Assembly: GCA_964016885.1 (NCBI GenBank)
Contig: OZ024749.1
Coordinates: 29,078,001-29,142,000, forward strand
Direction of reading: 5' to 3'
Origin: Eledone cirrhosa
Taxonomy: Eukaryota
Length of the DNA: 64,000 nucleotides
Part shown: positions 14,368-30,047 of the stretch, one piece after another
Position numbering within the stretch: position 1 is the first letter of the stretch
Layout of the letters: every line of letters starts with the position of its first letter
Program-made: the position numbers and the translations under genes
The notes under the pieces: model-generated
Databases searched by the model: none
Told to the model about the DNA's origin: nothing
Seen by the model: the letters and a program-made list of their open reading frames with translations, nothing else

Positions 14368-15141
14368 GTTTCTACTTTTGGCGCAAGGCCAGCAATTACC
14401 CAATGCATTACTGGTACTTTATTCTATCGACCCCTTTATTCTATTTGTATGTATGAGTGTATATATATGTATATATATGTATATATATGTATATATATAT
14501 ATACATATGTATATATATATATATGTACATAAATATATATATATATACATATGTATTTATATGTGTGTATATATATATATATATCAAGGAAAGATATTAG
14601 TATACGACCCGGAAAAATCTCTTTCCTTGAGCTATTTAATTGTAAGAGACTATTTTGAGTTTCTAACTTAATATATACTTTTGATATATTCGGCTCCTTG
14701 AATTTGTAGAGCAAATTTAAATGTCGAATAAACTTGGCTGTTATTTTTAGTAGTATACTATTATGAGACACGCTAGGCTCTGATGCCATGTGCGTTATTT
14801 TATATATGCACACTATTCAGTCTTCTGAGATACTTAGAAGTGAAGGGTTTACTAATTTTACACCCACTGATGTGCAAAAGAATTGGTAATTCCCTTCACT
14901 AAAATTGCGAAACAACATTGCCAAAGCTGTCTGTGTGTCTGGCAGTTGCCCCAATGTCGGTTTGTATTCCTTTTCTTGATTTATTGTTTTAAATTGAGTC
15001 TGACAAACCCTATTGTTCATGGTTGGTATTTTTTCACCCTAGCGAATCTGGTCCCTTACGATTTGAACACATATATGTATATATCTGTGTTTATCTCTCT
15101 TTTATATTCAATTATATATAAATATATATCTGTATTTATTT

Positions 15142-15207
<66 letters not shown>

Positions 15208-15221
15208 GTGTGTGTAAATAA

Positions 15222-15302
<81 letters not shown>

Positions 15303-15313
15303 CATATGTATAT

Positions 15314-15346
<33 letters not shown>

Positions 15347-15377
15347 CATACATACATATGTATATATATACACACAC

Positions 15378-15532
<155 letters not shown>

Positions 15533-15738
15533 AATATATATATATATATCAAATTGAATAAATAAATTACTCTTTTATCTGTTCCAGCCGACAGGTTAAT
15601 GTCATGCTGGGGCACCATTCAGAAGTTAAGTGACAATTTCGTAGGTAATGATTTAATCATCAATTTAAATAGATAAATTAAGTAATAATTGTCTAGTTAA
15701 TAATATAAACATCAACTATAATAGATTATATGTTAAGT

Positions 15739-15940
15739 GAAGGCGTGTGGCTGAGTGGTTAGAGAATTGTATTCGCAATCGTAAGGTTGTGAGTTCGATT
15801 CCTGGACCAGGCGATGCGTTATGTCCTTGAGCAAGACACTTTATTTCACGTTGCTCCTTCTAGATAGTATTAGCAATTGGAAAGACCAACGGAAACATTG
15901 TTCCCTCGGTCCGATTTGACAAAAAAGTCGATCGTTCCTT
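15739..15940 (+). mobile_element. tRNA-derived CORE-type SINE (family B)
   Basis: A box GTGGCTGAGTGG, B box GAGTTCGATTCC, CORE-like TGTCCTTGAGCAAGACACTT; other copies at 37950-38162(-), 47567-47752, 50421-50640, 53369-53585. Confidence 0.85.
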
Positions 15941-16080
15941 TATGTTAAGTGACAATTTTGTAGTCAGCACTATATAAACGTCAGTTATAATAGACAGAGC
16001 GTTTAAATGTAGTAGAGTAATAAACATACAGTTAATATCGTGTGGTAAATAAATATATAGATATACATAAGCTCCAGACA

Positions 16081-16535
16081 TAATTGTTTCTACGTTTGGC
16101 ACAAGGCCAGCAATTATCCCAGTACGTTACTGGTACTTTATTTTATCGACCCCGTAAGGATGAAAGGCAAAGTCAACCCCGGTGGGATTTAAAAACACGG
16201 CGTAAAGGGACGTAACTCTATGCTGCAAGAATCCTCCGATACGTCCTGAATATCTGAGGCTGCAGGTAATGGCTTGATATTCATTTCAACAAACTTTCCA
16301 GTTAAATAACATCAATGACTGAAACTCAAAGAACAATAATAATAATAATAATTGTTTCTACTTTTGGCACAAGGCCAGCAATAAACCAGTGTATTACTGG
16401 TACTTTATTTTATCGACCCCGTAAGGATGAAAGGCAAAGTTAACCTCGGTGGGATTTGAACTCAGATCATAATGGGCCGTAAATCTATGCTGCAAAGCAT
16501 GGTTTCCGATCCTCTACCGATACTGCCAATCCACT
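16081..16535 (-). mobile_element. Two SINE family A copies separated by a 3' fragment of an R4/Dong-like LINE (16226-16350, +)
   Basis: SINE cores; 16226-16490 is the reverse complement of 18768-19035. Confidence 0.8.
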
Positions 16536-16841
16536 CCAAACATAATGGAACCAAACTCCCACTGTCACTGCTTCCGTCCCTCCTGATTTCCCCATATCTC
16601 ACTATTATGAACAAATGGGGATCAATGGGCTGGCCGCCTCGCGGCACCGTCGGTCAGAATAGAGAAGGCGTTTCCCAATGAGGATGGTGGGAGATACGCA
16701 CCGGAAGAGCCATTCCTGCTCGCGAGGATCACATCTGCGGGTAGCCAACTCTGCGCTGATGGTGGTATGTGGTCCTAGGACCAAGGACACCAGAAGTCTC
16801 CACGCTAAGTGACAATTGTGTAGTTAGTAATATATAAATGT

Positions 16842-17420
16842 GAAGGCGCGTGGCTTTGTGGTTAGGGAATTCGGTTCACGGTCGTAAGGTTATGAGTTCG
16901 ATATCCAGCGTTGCACTGTGTCTTTGAGAAAAACACTTTATTTCACGTTGACCAGTCCACTGAGCTGGCAAAAAATGAGTTGTACCTGTAATTCGAAGGG
17001 CCAGCCTTGTCACATTCTGTGTGATGCTGAATCTCCCTGAGAACTACATTAAGGGTGCACATCGCTGTGGAATGCTCAGCCACTTGCACTATAACACATG
17101 ATGGACTGTACCTGTAATTCGAAGGGCCAGCCATGTCACATTCTGTGTCATGCTGAATCTCCCTGAGAACTACATTAAGGCTACGCATGTTTGTGAAATG
17201 CTCAGCCACTTGCATTATAACACATGATGGACTGTACTTGTAATTCGAAGGGTCAGCCTTGTCACATTCTGTGTCATGCTGAATCTCCCTGAGCACTACA
17301 TTAAGGGCATGTGTGTTTATGAAATCCTTAGCCACATGCACGTTGATTTCACGAGCAGGCTGATCCGTTGATCGTAATAAACTGGAACACTCGTCGTCGT
17401 AACTGACGGAGTGCCACTAC
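16842..17420 (+). mobile_element. Long CORE-type SINE with an internal ~125-bp triplication
   Basis: tRNA head and CORE motif, then three units of gtacctgtaattcgaagggccagcc...; related 3' parts at 9075-9175 and 46335-46600 (-). Confidence 0.75.
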
Positions 17421-18073
17421 TAATATATAAATATCACTTTGAATAGATGTTATGTTTTGTGACAATTGTGTAGTAAATATAAATAATATGAATTAGTAGA
17501 AATGTTTCCATTATATCTCTGACGTATTGGCATGGCATGGCATGGCCCCGTAACTCCCAAAGGAATCGTTGGGGCATTGTATTTATATACGGTGTTTCTT
17601 GGGCATTTCTTAAACCCTAGTGGAGCCCTTCCCTCTCCAGGTCTGAATACAGCAGATATCTTCCAGAGAAGGATAGAACGAGTGAGAGAATGGAAGTGAG
17701 AAAGAGATATAGAGGAAGAATCGACCCCAGTATTAGACTGGTACTTTTTTTAACGACCTCGAATGGATGAAAAGCAAGGTTGTCCTCGGCGGGATTTGAA
17801 CACAGAGAACAGAGAACCGAAACGAAGCATTCTATCCGACGTTCTAACGACATTCTACCAATCCGCAGCCTTCTCTGACGTATTAACCCATGCTTAATGT
17901 ATGATGTTCAACCATATATTTATTAATGAGAATGATATAATTTTTAGCAGCGATGTATTTGTTTGGCAAGGTTTTTGATATGAAGTCGTGTGTTGAAACA
18001 TATTGTTATCTTTTGGGAGGGTCATGTTGTCCTAATATTGCCAAAAAAAATATTACAACTGTATATATATATA

Positions 18074-18172
18074 CAGGATGTTCCCCCAAAATGTATACAC
18101 ACTTCAACACCATTCAAATAAAAATTGCCTGTACTGGTAATGAAAGTGTGTATATGTTTTGGGGACATCCTG
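18074..18172. mobile_element. ~100-bp Tc1/mariner-type MITE
   Basis: TIRs CAGGATGTTCCCCCAAAATGTATACACAC / GTGTGTATATGTTTTGGGGACATCCTG, preceded by TA. Confidence 0.7.
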
Positions 18173-18256
18173 TGTGTGTGTTTATATATATATATATATA
18201 TATGTTTGTAAAAGGTAAACAGAAATAACAACACAATCGGTACAGTATAATATATA

Positions 18257-18375
<119 letters not shown>

Positions 18376-18458
18376 AAAGGTAAACAGAAATAACAACACA
18401 ATCGGTAACGTATATGGAAGGAATATATTAGGTTAACGCTTGAAATAGCAGGAAGAGG

Positions 18459-18496
18459 ATCTTAACGTTTCGGACGCTAGTCCTTCATCAGAAGAA
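18459..18496 (-). ncRNA. Minimal PLE-type hammerhead ribozyme motif
   Basis: Minus strand reads UCUU-CUGAUGA-AGGAC UAGC GUCC-GAAA-CGUU^-AAGA. Confidence 0.75.
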
Positions 18497-18744
18497 AGAA
18501 TGAGAAATAAGATAGATTGAAGGGACGGGCGGGGTGGAATTGGAAAAAATGTCTTTAGATAAAAATAACAGGTCCATTCATTTTGACATCTTGTCCTGTG
18601 TATGTAGTCATCAAGTAGAAGTCGCCATTTGCCGCCCAACTGTTGTTTTGTCTCAAGTTACAGAAAAATACTAAGTTGAAATAGGTTTATGATTTTCCTA
18701 ATTGGTTGGGGGAGGAGGGGGTATTATTATTATTGTCATTGTTA

Positions 18745-18912
18745 TCGGTAGAGAGTCGGACGCTTTGCGGCATAGATTTACGGCCCATTATGATCTGAGT
18801 TCAAATCCCGCCGAGGTTAACTTTGCCTTTCATCCTTACGGGGTCGATAAAATAAAGTACCAGTAATACACTGGGTTATTGCTGGCCTTGTGCCAAAAGT
18901 AGAAACAATTAT
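18745..18912 (+). mobile_element. SINE family A copy
   Basis: Head, core and (ATT)n tail present. Confidence 0.85.
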
Positions 18913-19252
18913 TATTATTATTATTGTTCTTTGAGTTTCAGTCATTGATGTTATTTAACTGGAAAGTTTGTTGAAATGAATATCAAGCCACTACCTGCAG
19001 CCTCAGATATTCAGGATGTATTGGAGGGTTCTTGCTGTTCCCAGCAAGCATACCTTTTGAAGTGTTCCAAAAAGCGGGGCTGGACTAATTTTCTTTAACC
19101 ATGCTTGGAAACTCTTTGAGATAGTACCTAGTGCGCCTATGACAATCGGGACCACTTTGACCTCATGGCAGTTCCAAATCCTTTTTACCTCCCACTTTAA
19201 ATCCTGGTATCGGTTAATTTCTTCCCTCTCCTTCTCTTGCACTCTCCTGTCG
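18913..19252 (-). pseudogene. 3' fragment of an R4/Dong-like non-LTR retrotransposon (restriction-like endonuclease C-terminus)
   Basis: KEREEINRYQDLKWEVKRIW..VKVVPIVIGALGTI...LQKVCLLGTARTL is the typical RLE-clade C-terminus; lies in (TAA)n. Confidence 0.8.
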
Positions 19253-19253
19253 A

Positions 19254-19297
<44 letters not shown>

Positions 19298-19571
19298 GAA
19301 TGGCCCGAGTATGTGTCTGTAAATTAAAGGTGGAAAACTGGGAGAGGGCACTTGCCCTGGTGGTCAGGGTCACTGTGGCTTTTTAATGGGCTTTCTCCAC
19401 GAATGTCCCTCGGAAGTCTCCCCCCTATTGGTGAATTGTTTCATTGTTCTATTATTACATCCTCTGTTTCTTGTTTTTTACACGCAGAAATGCCCTTTTA
19501 TACCGTCCTGTATTGTCCTGTACTGTCCTTAATGTCTACTTTATGTAAACCCTTGTGGTTAATAAAGAAAG

Positions 19572-19572
<1 letters not shown>
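19298..19572 (+). mobile_element. Non-LTR retrotransposon 3' UTR fragment between (ATT)n tracts
   Basis: Longer copy of 3306-3442, ending in AATAAAGAAA. Confidence 0.55.
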
Positions 19573-19611
<39 letters not shown>

Positions 19612-19613
19612 GT

Positions 19614-19692
<79 letters not shown>

Positions 19693-20115
19693 TGTGGTAG
19701 TGGGAGTAGTAGTAGTATATATGTATATATATATATATATGCACATAAACTTCTACATAGCTCAATACACATACGCACGTATGCGCATACATACCATGTA
19801 TGTATGCATGTTTGTATATATATATATATGTATGTATGGATGCATATATATGTATGCATATATGTATATATGTATATATGTATGTATACTTATTTTCTAT
19901 CATTTATTTTGTTTTGACCTGTTCAGCTTGATTTGGTTTTTGGCTTGGGTGGTTAATGCTTTCTTGACCACCTTTTCAGTTTTGTATGGCTTTTTAACAC
20001 ATTGTTTAGCTCTGGTTTTTAACTATTGAGCACTTTGCCAGTATCATTTCTGATTTTTGCGTTTCGCTTCGCTTTTCCTGCCCGCCGAAAATGCGATTCT
20101 CGCTGAATCTTTATT

Positions 20116-20174
<59 letters not shown>

Positions 20175-20175
20175 T

Positions 20176-20355
<180 letters not shown>

Positions 20356-20412
20356 CATATACATATATATATATATACATATACATATATATATATATAC
20401 ATATACATATAC

Positions 20413-20527
<115 letters not shown>

Positions 20528-20886
20528 CGTGTGTGTGCATACATATATATACGCGGGCGCGCACACACACACACACACACATATATATACATTACATTAT
20601 ATTACATTATCAGTTATTATCAACATGAGAGCAGCCGGTAGCTAATTTAGAAGAGAAGTAAGAAGTGAGAGGACATTAGAGATTATTAAAATGGTGGTCG
20701 GCATGGCGCTTTCTTTGACAAAGGTAATAACAAAAGAGTGTGGTAAAACGGATGTTCTCTGCTTCTTCCTATCTTACATAATAACTTATCTTGCTTAGCT
20801 TGAAGCATGGCGTCCTCTGTGTGTGAATATATATACATATGATACATGATATGATATATAAATATATATATATTCATAATATATGC

Positions 20887-20938
<52 letters not shown>

Positions 20939-20945
20939 GTACGTA

Positions 20946-21022
<77 letters not shown>

Positions 21023-21089
21023 ACATATATTTATATATATGTATATATATATATATATATGTGTGTATGTGTGTGTGTATATATATATT

Positions 21090-21120
<31 letters not shown>

Positions 21121-21154
21121 ATATATATATATATCTTATATGATATATAAATAA

Positions 21155-21222
<68 letters not shown>

Positions 21223-21227
21223 TTATT

Positions 21228-21264
<37 letters not shown>

Positions 21265-21352
21265 TAAATTAACAGATTAAAGTTTAAGCAAAGAATCGCT
21301 GCTTTTAATAAATATTTGCTCTTTGGATTTTAGTCTTCACATTTATTATTAT

Positions 21353-21394
<42 letters not shown>

Positions 21395-22199
21395 ATACAT
21401 ATATATATAAATATATATATTCATATTATATGCATGCATGTGTGTGTATATATATATATATATATATGATATATGAATATATATATATGTATATATATAT
21501 ATAACATAAATACATATATTATATTATATATACATAAACTCAGACACACAGAGAGACACACACATATATATATGTGTGTGTGTGTTTATGCATATATAAT
21601 ATAATATATCTATTTATGATATATATATATTCATATATCGTATATATATATATGTGCACATATATATATATATACATACATACGCACCCCCCCCCCACAC
21701 ACACACACAACACATATATATATATATATATACACATACATGCTTACATATAAAGGTAGACGCTGTTTGCTGGCACATGTCATTTCTTCAACTGTGTGGC
21801 GTCTGTAAGAATTGCGCATGTTTTCCTATTTGTTTTCTAATTAAATAAGCTACTATATAGCGACGTTAGCTAATACTCTCCTTTGTCACTTTCATACACT
21901 ATTACTAGCAGAGGCACCCGGTGTTACCCAGGAATGAAATTGTTCGATATATATTAGAAAAAAGAGCAAAATGTGTTGTATAGAAATTTGTTATTCTAAA
22001 TTTGATTTATTCTTCAATTGTGATAAATGAGGAAATCAATTCTGAATTCATAATACAAAAAAAAAAAAAATAACTAAAATAATAATAATAATAATAAACG
22101 AAAATACAAAATTTACCAGTTTTATGAAGAGAGATAAATTCTATCACATATGTTGAAGTAAATTACGTAAGAGCTTCTGGGTTAACAACATTCTTTGTT

Positions 22200-23450
22200 T
22201 TCTGGTTTGGAGCATAGACAAATAAGTCTTGTAAACCTGGAGCAACCAGCATAAAGTTGACCCTGAGAAAAGCAAGGCTCAATTAAGTGCAAGCCAGTAG
22301 ATTTCAAAGTCTGACCTTTATTAATAGACATTGCCAAGCAAAGTCACACTGGGAATTGTGTTCGTTTGAACTCAAATGGCATGTCTGTTCGTTTGATTGG
22401 AATTCTTGGAATGAAAACATGTTCCCCAGAGGCACATCAAGTGATGATGGTAGCTTCTATCACATTAGGTGATAATGTCTTCACAATAAACCATGTCCCA
22501 TTGCATAATTTAGGAGGATCTAAATTTCTTAGAAGCATTATTGGGACTCCTATCTTCAGAAAAAGTTTATGTGGAGGGATTCCAGGTGGCTCAAGAGAAT
22601 TAAGGAACTTTGTTGGCTAGTGGACAGCTTGATTTTCATCAAGGACTGAATCGACTCATATGTACTCCATAATGTCAGTTGGAATCTTATTCATTAATTC
22701 ATGGTTAATCCTTGCTACTGTTTCATCTTTTGGAGCACAACCTTTTATGTGAATTATAATTATTACTTAAGTCTGGAAATACCCTACTCTTCAATTCAGC
22801 TGAGGAATTCACCATGAGAGTAATATGAGCCAAATTGATATCACCATTCCCATCAATTGGTACTTTCCCATTTCCTAATTGGAGGAGCTGGGTTGAAAAC
22901 TGTTCTGCACATTGGTCCCCATGTTATAAAGCTCGCATGTTAGTATTGATAGAAAATTTCTGTGCTTTATTCCATTGGTGCGAAGACTTAATGCCTGTTT
23001 TTATTTCATCAGCTCTTGTTCCTGTCGGAATGGCTGTTAATGTCTGTCTGAAGTTTCCTGACAAAACTAATGTAACTCCTCCCATAGATTTATTGTTGCC
23101 TCTTATGTCCTGTAAGGTCTTATCAAACGCTTCCACCGCACCTCTATGTGACATGGTACATTCAGCCCAAATGATCAGGTGGCTTTGGCGTAACACTTCT
23201 GCTGAACCTGAAACTTTGCTTATGTTACAAATTGGACTGTCATTTGTGACCAGGTTTAGCAGTAATCTAAAAGTAGAATGAGCTGTTTGTCCTTCTGGGA
23301 GAAGGGTGACAGCAATGCCAGACGATGCTACAGCAACTGCAATTCTTTTTTGTTGCCTTACCCTGGAGAGAAGCAATGTTGTTACAAATGTTTTACGTGT
23401 GCCACCAGGAGCATCAGAAAAGAAAATTCCTCCGCTTTTTTCTCTGACTG
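22200..23450 (-). pseudogene. Helitron PIF1-family helicase remnant (stops and frameshifts)
   Basis: [78 protein letters not shown]. Confidence 0.9.
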
Positions 23451-23647
23451 ACGAAATAATTTTCTTTTGTCAAACGCATTCAGCATATCTTGGTCAAGAC
23501 GCTTACGTCTCACCTCTGAGGATCGGTGAAGTCTTGCAACAACTGTTTACTCCTGGTTTTTCTTTGTCTAATCTCTAGTTGACCTATTGTCACATTGGCA
23601 ACTCTGGTAGCTTGTTTGTGTCTTGCATCCTTTAAACATTTTTCTCT

Positions 23648-23893
23648 TTATTTTTTATTTTTTATTTTTTTTTCTCTTGGGTGGCGTAATTGTTCTAACC
23701 GTTTTTCTCTGGCCTCTTGTGACGTATTGACCCTGCGTGCAGCAACACTTCTCCGGTCATTTTCATGTCTTTGCTGTCGTTGTGCAGGGATCTCTAGTGA
23801 CCTTGCTCTGGCTACCTGTGCTCGTCTTTGCTTCATTGTAGAATACTGATCATCTACATCTACCCCGTCTCCTCTTGTAGAGAGTGAGAACAT
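23648..23893 (-). pseudogene. Arg/Gln-rich N-terminal segment of Helitron RepHel
   Basis: QRRAQVARARSLEIPAQRQQRHENDRRS..EAREKRLEQ resembles RepHel N-terminal repeats and lies upstream of the helicase. Confidence 0.55.
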
Positions 23894-24358
23894 TTTTCTC
23901 GGAAACCTTTTTGAAAATTAAAATGGGGATTAAATGAAAAAGGGAGTGAAAGTTACGTGAATATCGTCACAAAAGTGATTGAAATAAATGGCGATTGTGG
24001 AACGCCGCACGCACCCACAGACACGCACGCAAATACGCACGCGTGCACGTACACACTTGTTGATAGCTTTTACTTTCTGTGGAAAGCCGTACGCACACAC
24101 ACACACACACACATGTTGATAGTTATTACTTTTCTTCCCCTCTTATTTCCACACACATCACACACACATGTATCTACACTGACATACATATACAGTATCA
24201 AACATACAGCGTCTCCCTCTCTCTCCCGCTATCCCCTCCTCTCTTTGTGTCGGCTTTCTTTCAACTTCTCCTATAGAACATACATTCAGTATCAAGCACA
24301 CAACGTCTCTCTCTATCTCTCCCGCTATCCCTCTCTCTTTCAACTCCTATAGTAACTT

Positions 24359-24407
<49 letters not shown>

Positions 24408-24808
24408 CTCTCGCTCTCTCGCTCTCTCTCTCTCTCTCTCTGTTTCTTCCTCTCTTCTCTTTGTCTTTTTCTCAATCTGTGTTTCTCTCGCTCAAACATA
24501 TTCTCTCTCACCCTCTGTAACACTTCCTCTCTTTTAGTCTTTATCTGTTTCTCTCTCTTTCTCTCTTTCTTTCTCTTTTTCTCACCCCCTCTCTCTCTCT
24601 CTCTAACTCATTCACACACTCTCACACTATTTAAATTTCTCCCTCTATCAAAATACGTTGTGACGAATGAGGAGATGGCGGAGGAGAAGTAAAGAGCCAT
24701 TTCCTCACTTTACCTCTCTATTTCTTTCTCTCCCCTCTCACTCCCTCATTGGCATTATGCACAGACATACAAATACACAGACATCTGCTAATATATACAT
24801 ACATGTAG

Positions 24809-24851
<43 letters not shown>

Positions 24852-25182
24852 CCAGCGTTCGTTGTCATTCCCCACCCCCTCATCTCTCTCTCTCTATCTG
24901 AATATCTAACACTTTAATTGTATCTCTCTCTGTATAACGGCCTATCTCTCATACTCTTCCCTTCCCTCTATGTCTCACTCTCTCTCTTTAGATGTGTGTG
25001 TATGTATGCGTGCGTGTGTGTAATTTTCGTGCGATTAAACCAACCAAACAACCAGCCAAGAAACATCTCTCTTTTATATTACATATATATAGATATTATA
25101 TCCTTATTGGTGATTTACTTAGTTATTTATTATAGAAAAAACTTACGGTAGAATTGTTTTGTCGCAACACACATATATATAT

Positions 25183-25224
<42 letters not shown>

Positions 25225-25261
25225 GAGGTACATACATACATATTATATATTTATATATACA

Positions 25262-25361
<100 letters not shown>

Positions 25362-25438
25362 TATATGCAAGTATAAATATGGTGCCAGGAAAAACTACGC
25401 TAAAAGGAGGAATTTATTAATATATTTTTATCTTCTCG

Positions 25439-25738
<300 letters not shown>

Positions 25739-26157
25739 TTGATTTCAAACGAATGAAACAATTCTAGTTCTATATGAGATAAATTTCTACCGCCTCTTCT
25801 ACTAACAATGGAGGTAAAAAAGGAGGTGATGGTGGTGATGGTGTGGACAGTGGCGGCATTGAAGGCGATGTGGGTGGCGATGGTGGTGGCCGTACTGTGA
25901 CTCCTCATTGTTCTGAACTTCTTCCATTTACTCCATATTGAAAATCAGAAGAAAGAGGAGACACCGAGCAACAAGAATAGTCATTGTGAAGGTCACAGTA
26001 GGTGTGACGAAAGAAGTATGAGAATTAAATAACCACCCTTTTACTAAACTATGCAAGGAATGGATTGGTTACCTAAATAATAATAAAACTGATGTGAAAC
26101 TCAAATGGTGCATCCGTTTTCGTTGGCCACATGACATGTATACATATATATGTGAGG

Positions 26158-26341
26158 GGAGGTGGATTGGCAGTATCGGTAGAGGGTCGGACACCATGCT
26201 TTGACACATAGAGTTACGGCCCTTGCCATTCTGAGTTCAAATCCCGCCGAGGTTAACTTTGTCTTTGATCATTACGGGGTCGATAAAATAAGTACCAGTA
26301 ATGCACTGGGTAATTGCTGGCCTTGTGCCAAAAGTAGAAAC

Positions 26342-26345
<4 letters not shown>
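26158..26345 (+). mobile_element. SINE family A copy
   Basis: Full head, core and tail. Confidence 0.85.
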
Positions 26346-26381
<36 letters not shown>

Positions 26382-26583
26382 CAAAGGAATTGTGGTAAGG
26401 AACCAGCTGGACCATAACGCACCAGAGTACTCAATACTTAGGGTAGTAGAGTGGGAAATAGGGCTGAGCTCTGCCGTCGGGGTCATACTTTTTCCTAATA
26501 TATATATATATATATATATGTGTGCGTGTGTGTATATATATATATATATGTACATGTATGTATGTATATGTATATATATATAT

Positions 26584-26656
<73 letters not shown>

Positions 26657-26657
26657 C

Positions 26658-26767
<110 letters not shown>

Positions 26768-26782
26768 GCATATATATAATAC

Positions 26783-26813
<31 letters not shown>

Positions 26814-26881
26814 CATATATATATACATATATATATACATATATATTATACACATATATATATATATACATATATATATAC

Positions 26882-26954
<73 letters not shown>

Positions 26955-26970
26955 TATACATGATATATAC

Positions 26971-27050
<80 letters not shown>

Positions 27051-27183
27051 GTCCTGTTTACATGCCAACACAAGAGCAAGTAGGAGGCGCCCATTCTACT
27101 GACATGGCTTTCAAAAAGAGGGGTGTTTGCATAATTGCAAACGAATCGAATATTATTATTAATATTCGAAAAATTCAGATTAC

Positions 27184-27247
<64 letters not shown>

Positions 27248-27469
27248 AGAGAGAGAGAGAGATGAGAGAGAGAGAGAAGAGAGGGGGGGGGGGTACAGAC
27301 AGCCAGGTAGATAGAAAGGTAGATAGACAGGAGACACATTGATAGGATATAATAGATGTATAAACAAATAAAGTTAATAATATATTTAATTAAAATATGA
27401 CAGAAAGTAATGCATGTTTGAACATTGGACATATAGATAGATGGAGAGAGGGGGGAGAGAAGGGGAATA

Positions 27470-29465
27470 GGATTGAGTGGAGAGAGAGAGAGGGTGATAT
27501 GATTGAGTTGAGAGAGAGAGAGGTTGATATGATTGAGTTGAGAGAGAGAGAGGGTGATATGATTGAGTTGAGAGAGAGAGAGGGTGATATGATTGAGTGG
27601 AGAGAGAGAGAGGGTGATATGATGAGTTGAGAGAGAGGGTGATATGATTGAGTTGAGAGAGAGAGAGGTTGATATGATGAGTTGAGAGAGAGAGAGGGTG
27701 ATATGATTGAGTTGAGAGAGAGGGTGATATGATTGAGTTGAGAGAGAGGGAGGGTGATATGATTGAGTTGAGAGAGAGAGAGGGTGATATGATTGAGTTG
27801 AGAGAGAGAGAGGGTGATATGATTGAATTGAGAGAGAGGGTGATATGATTGAGTTGAGAGAGAGGGAGGGTGATATGATTGAGTTGAGAGAGAAGAGGGT
27901 GATATGATGAGTGGAGAGAGAGAGGGTGATATGATTGAGTTGAGAGAGAGAGAGGGTGATATGATTGAATTGAGAGAGAGGGTGATATGATTGGAGTTGA
28001 GAGAGAGTGAGGGTGATATGATTGAGTTGAGAGAGAGAGAGGGTGATATGATTGAGTTGAGAGAGAGAGAGGTGTGATATGATTGAATTGAGAGAGAGGG
28101 TGATATGATTGAGTTGAGAGAGAGGGAGGGTGATATGATTGAGTGAGTGGAGAGGGGTGATTGATGTGTTGAGAGAGAGGGTGTATGTTGAGTTGAGTGG
28201 AGGGAGGGGTGATATGATTGAGTTGAGAGAGAGAGAGGGTGATATGATTGAATTGAGAGAGAGGGTGATATGTTGGTGAGAGAGTGGAGGGTGATATGAT
28301 TGAGTTGAGAGAGAGAGAGGGTGATATGATTGAGTTGAGAGAGAGGGTGATATGATTGAGTTGAGAGAGAGGGAGGGTGATATGATTGAGTTGAGAGAGA
28401 GAGAGGGTGATATGATTGAATTGAGAGAGAGGGTGATATGATTGAGTTGAGAGAGAAGGGAGGGTGATATGATTGAGTTGAGAGAGAGAGGGTGATATGA
28501 TGAGTTGAGAGAGAGAGAGGGTGATATGATTGAGTGGAGTGAGAGAGGAGGGTGATATGATTGAGTTGAGAGAGTGGAGGGTGATATGATTGAGTTGAGA
28601 GAGAGGGTGATATGATTGAGTTGAGAGAGAGAGAGTGTGATATGATTGAGTTGAGAGAGAGGGTGATATGATTGAGTTGAGAGAGAGAGAGGGTGATATG
28701 ATTGAGTTGAGATGAGAGAGAGGGTGATATGATTGAGTTGAGAGAGAGTGAGGGTGATATGATTGAGTTGAGAGAGAAGAGAGGGGAAATATGATTGAGT
28801 GGAGAGGAGAGAGGATGATATGATTGAGTTGAGAGTGAGGGTGATATGATTGAGTTGAGAGAGAGGGAGGGTGATATGATTGAGTGAGAGAGAGAGAGGG
28901 TGATATGATTGATTGAGAGAGGGTGATATGATTGAGTTGAGAGAGAGGGAGGGTGATATGATTGAGTTGAGAGAGAGTGAGGGTGATATGATTGAGTTGA
29001 GAGAGAGAGGGGTGATATGTTGAGTGAGTGAGAGAGTAGGGTGATATGATTGAGTGGTGAGAGGGAGTGTGATATGATTGAGTGGAGAGAGGGTGATATG
29101 ATTGAGTTGAGAGATGAGAGAGTGTGATATGATTGAGTTGAGAGAGAGTGAGGGTGATATGATTGAGTTGAGAGAGAGAGAGGGGGATTATGATTGAGTG
29201 GAGAGTGAGAGAGGATGATATGATTGAGTTGATAGAGAGGGGTGATATGATTGAGTTGAGAGATGAGAGGAGGGTGATATGATTGAGTTGGAGAGAGAGA
29301 GAGGGTGATATGATTGAGTGAGAGAGAGTGAGGGTATATGATTGAGTTGAGAGAGAGTAGAGGGGGAATATGATTGAGTGGAGAGGAGAGAGGATGATAT
29401 GATTGAGTGAGAGAGAGGGTGATATGATGAGTGAGAGAGATGAGATGAGGGTGATATGATTGATT
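27470..29465. repeat. GA-rich ~30-bp minisatellite (gagagagagagggtgatatgattgagtt)
   Basis: Dozens of tandem units, followed by (GA)n low-complexity sequence to ~29800. Confidence 0.95.
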
Positions 29466-29544
29466 GGGGAGAGATTAGAAAGGATAAAGAGAGGAGAAAA
29501 TGAGGGAGCAGGTGTGTGAGATTAACAAGTGAGAGAGAGAGATA

Positions 29545-29579
<35 letters not shown>

Positions 29580-29587
29580 AGAGGAGA

Positions 29588-29633
<46 letters not shown>

Positions 29634-29907
29634 AGAGAAGAAAGAAAGAAAGCAAGCAAGAAAGGAAGAAAGACAGAAAGAAAGAAAGAGAAATAGAGAG
29701 AGACAGAGAAAGACAAAGAGAGAGAGGGAGAGAGAGAGAGAGATAAGGAGACAGAAAGAAAGAAAAAAGAAAGAAAAATAGAGAGAGAGAGAGAGGGTGA
29801 GAGCAAGGTGCGTAGAATGTGACGGCACAAAGACAAAAGAGATTTGTTAGCAAATTTAATGATATATAGTGGAATATATATAGTCAGTCGTCTTAGTCGT
29901 GACTATG

Positions 29908-30047
<140 letters not shown>

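Larger units (their letters stand above)
21905..25093 (-). mobile_element. Internally deleted, decayed Helitron with both termini
   Basis: Minus-strand 5' end A|TCTATATATATG at 25093; 3' hairpin CCTGGGTAACACCGGG then CTAG|T at 21905; PIF1-like helicase remnants inside. Confidence 0.85.

Noticed and set aside
15739-15815. tRNA-like sequence
   Set aside because: It is the head of a SINE continuing into a CORE-like domain; no complete cloverleaf.
16624-16716. HDV-like ribozyme resemblance (GCC-GCCUCGC-GGC P3/L3-like, P4-like stem, AAUGG/CCAUU P2-like)
   Set aside because: No upstream P1 5' strand and no convincing catalytic J4/2; cannot be supported without a covariance search.
25790-25910. 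Pro/His-rich open stretch on the minus strand
   Set aside because: Derived from (GGT)n-like low complexity, bounded by stops, with no clear splice signals.
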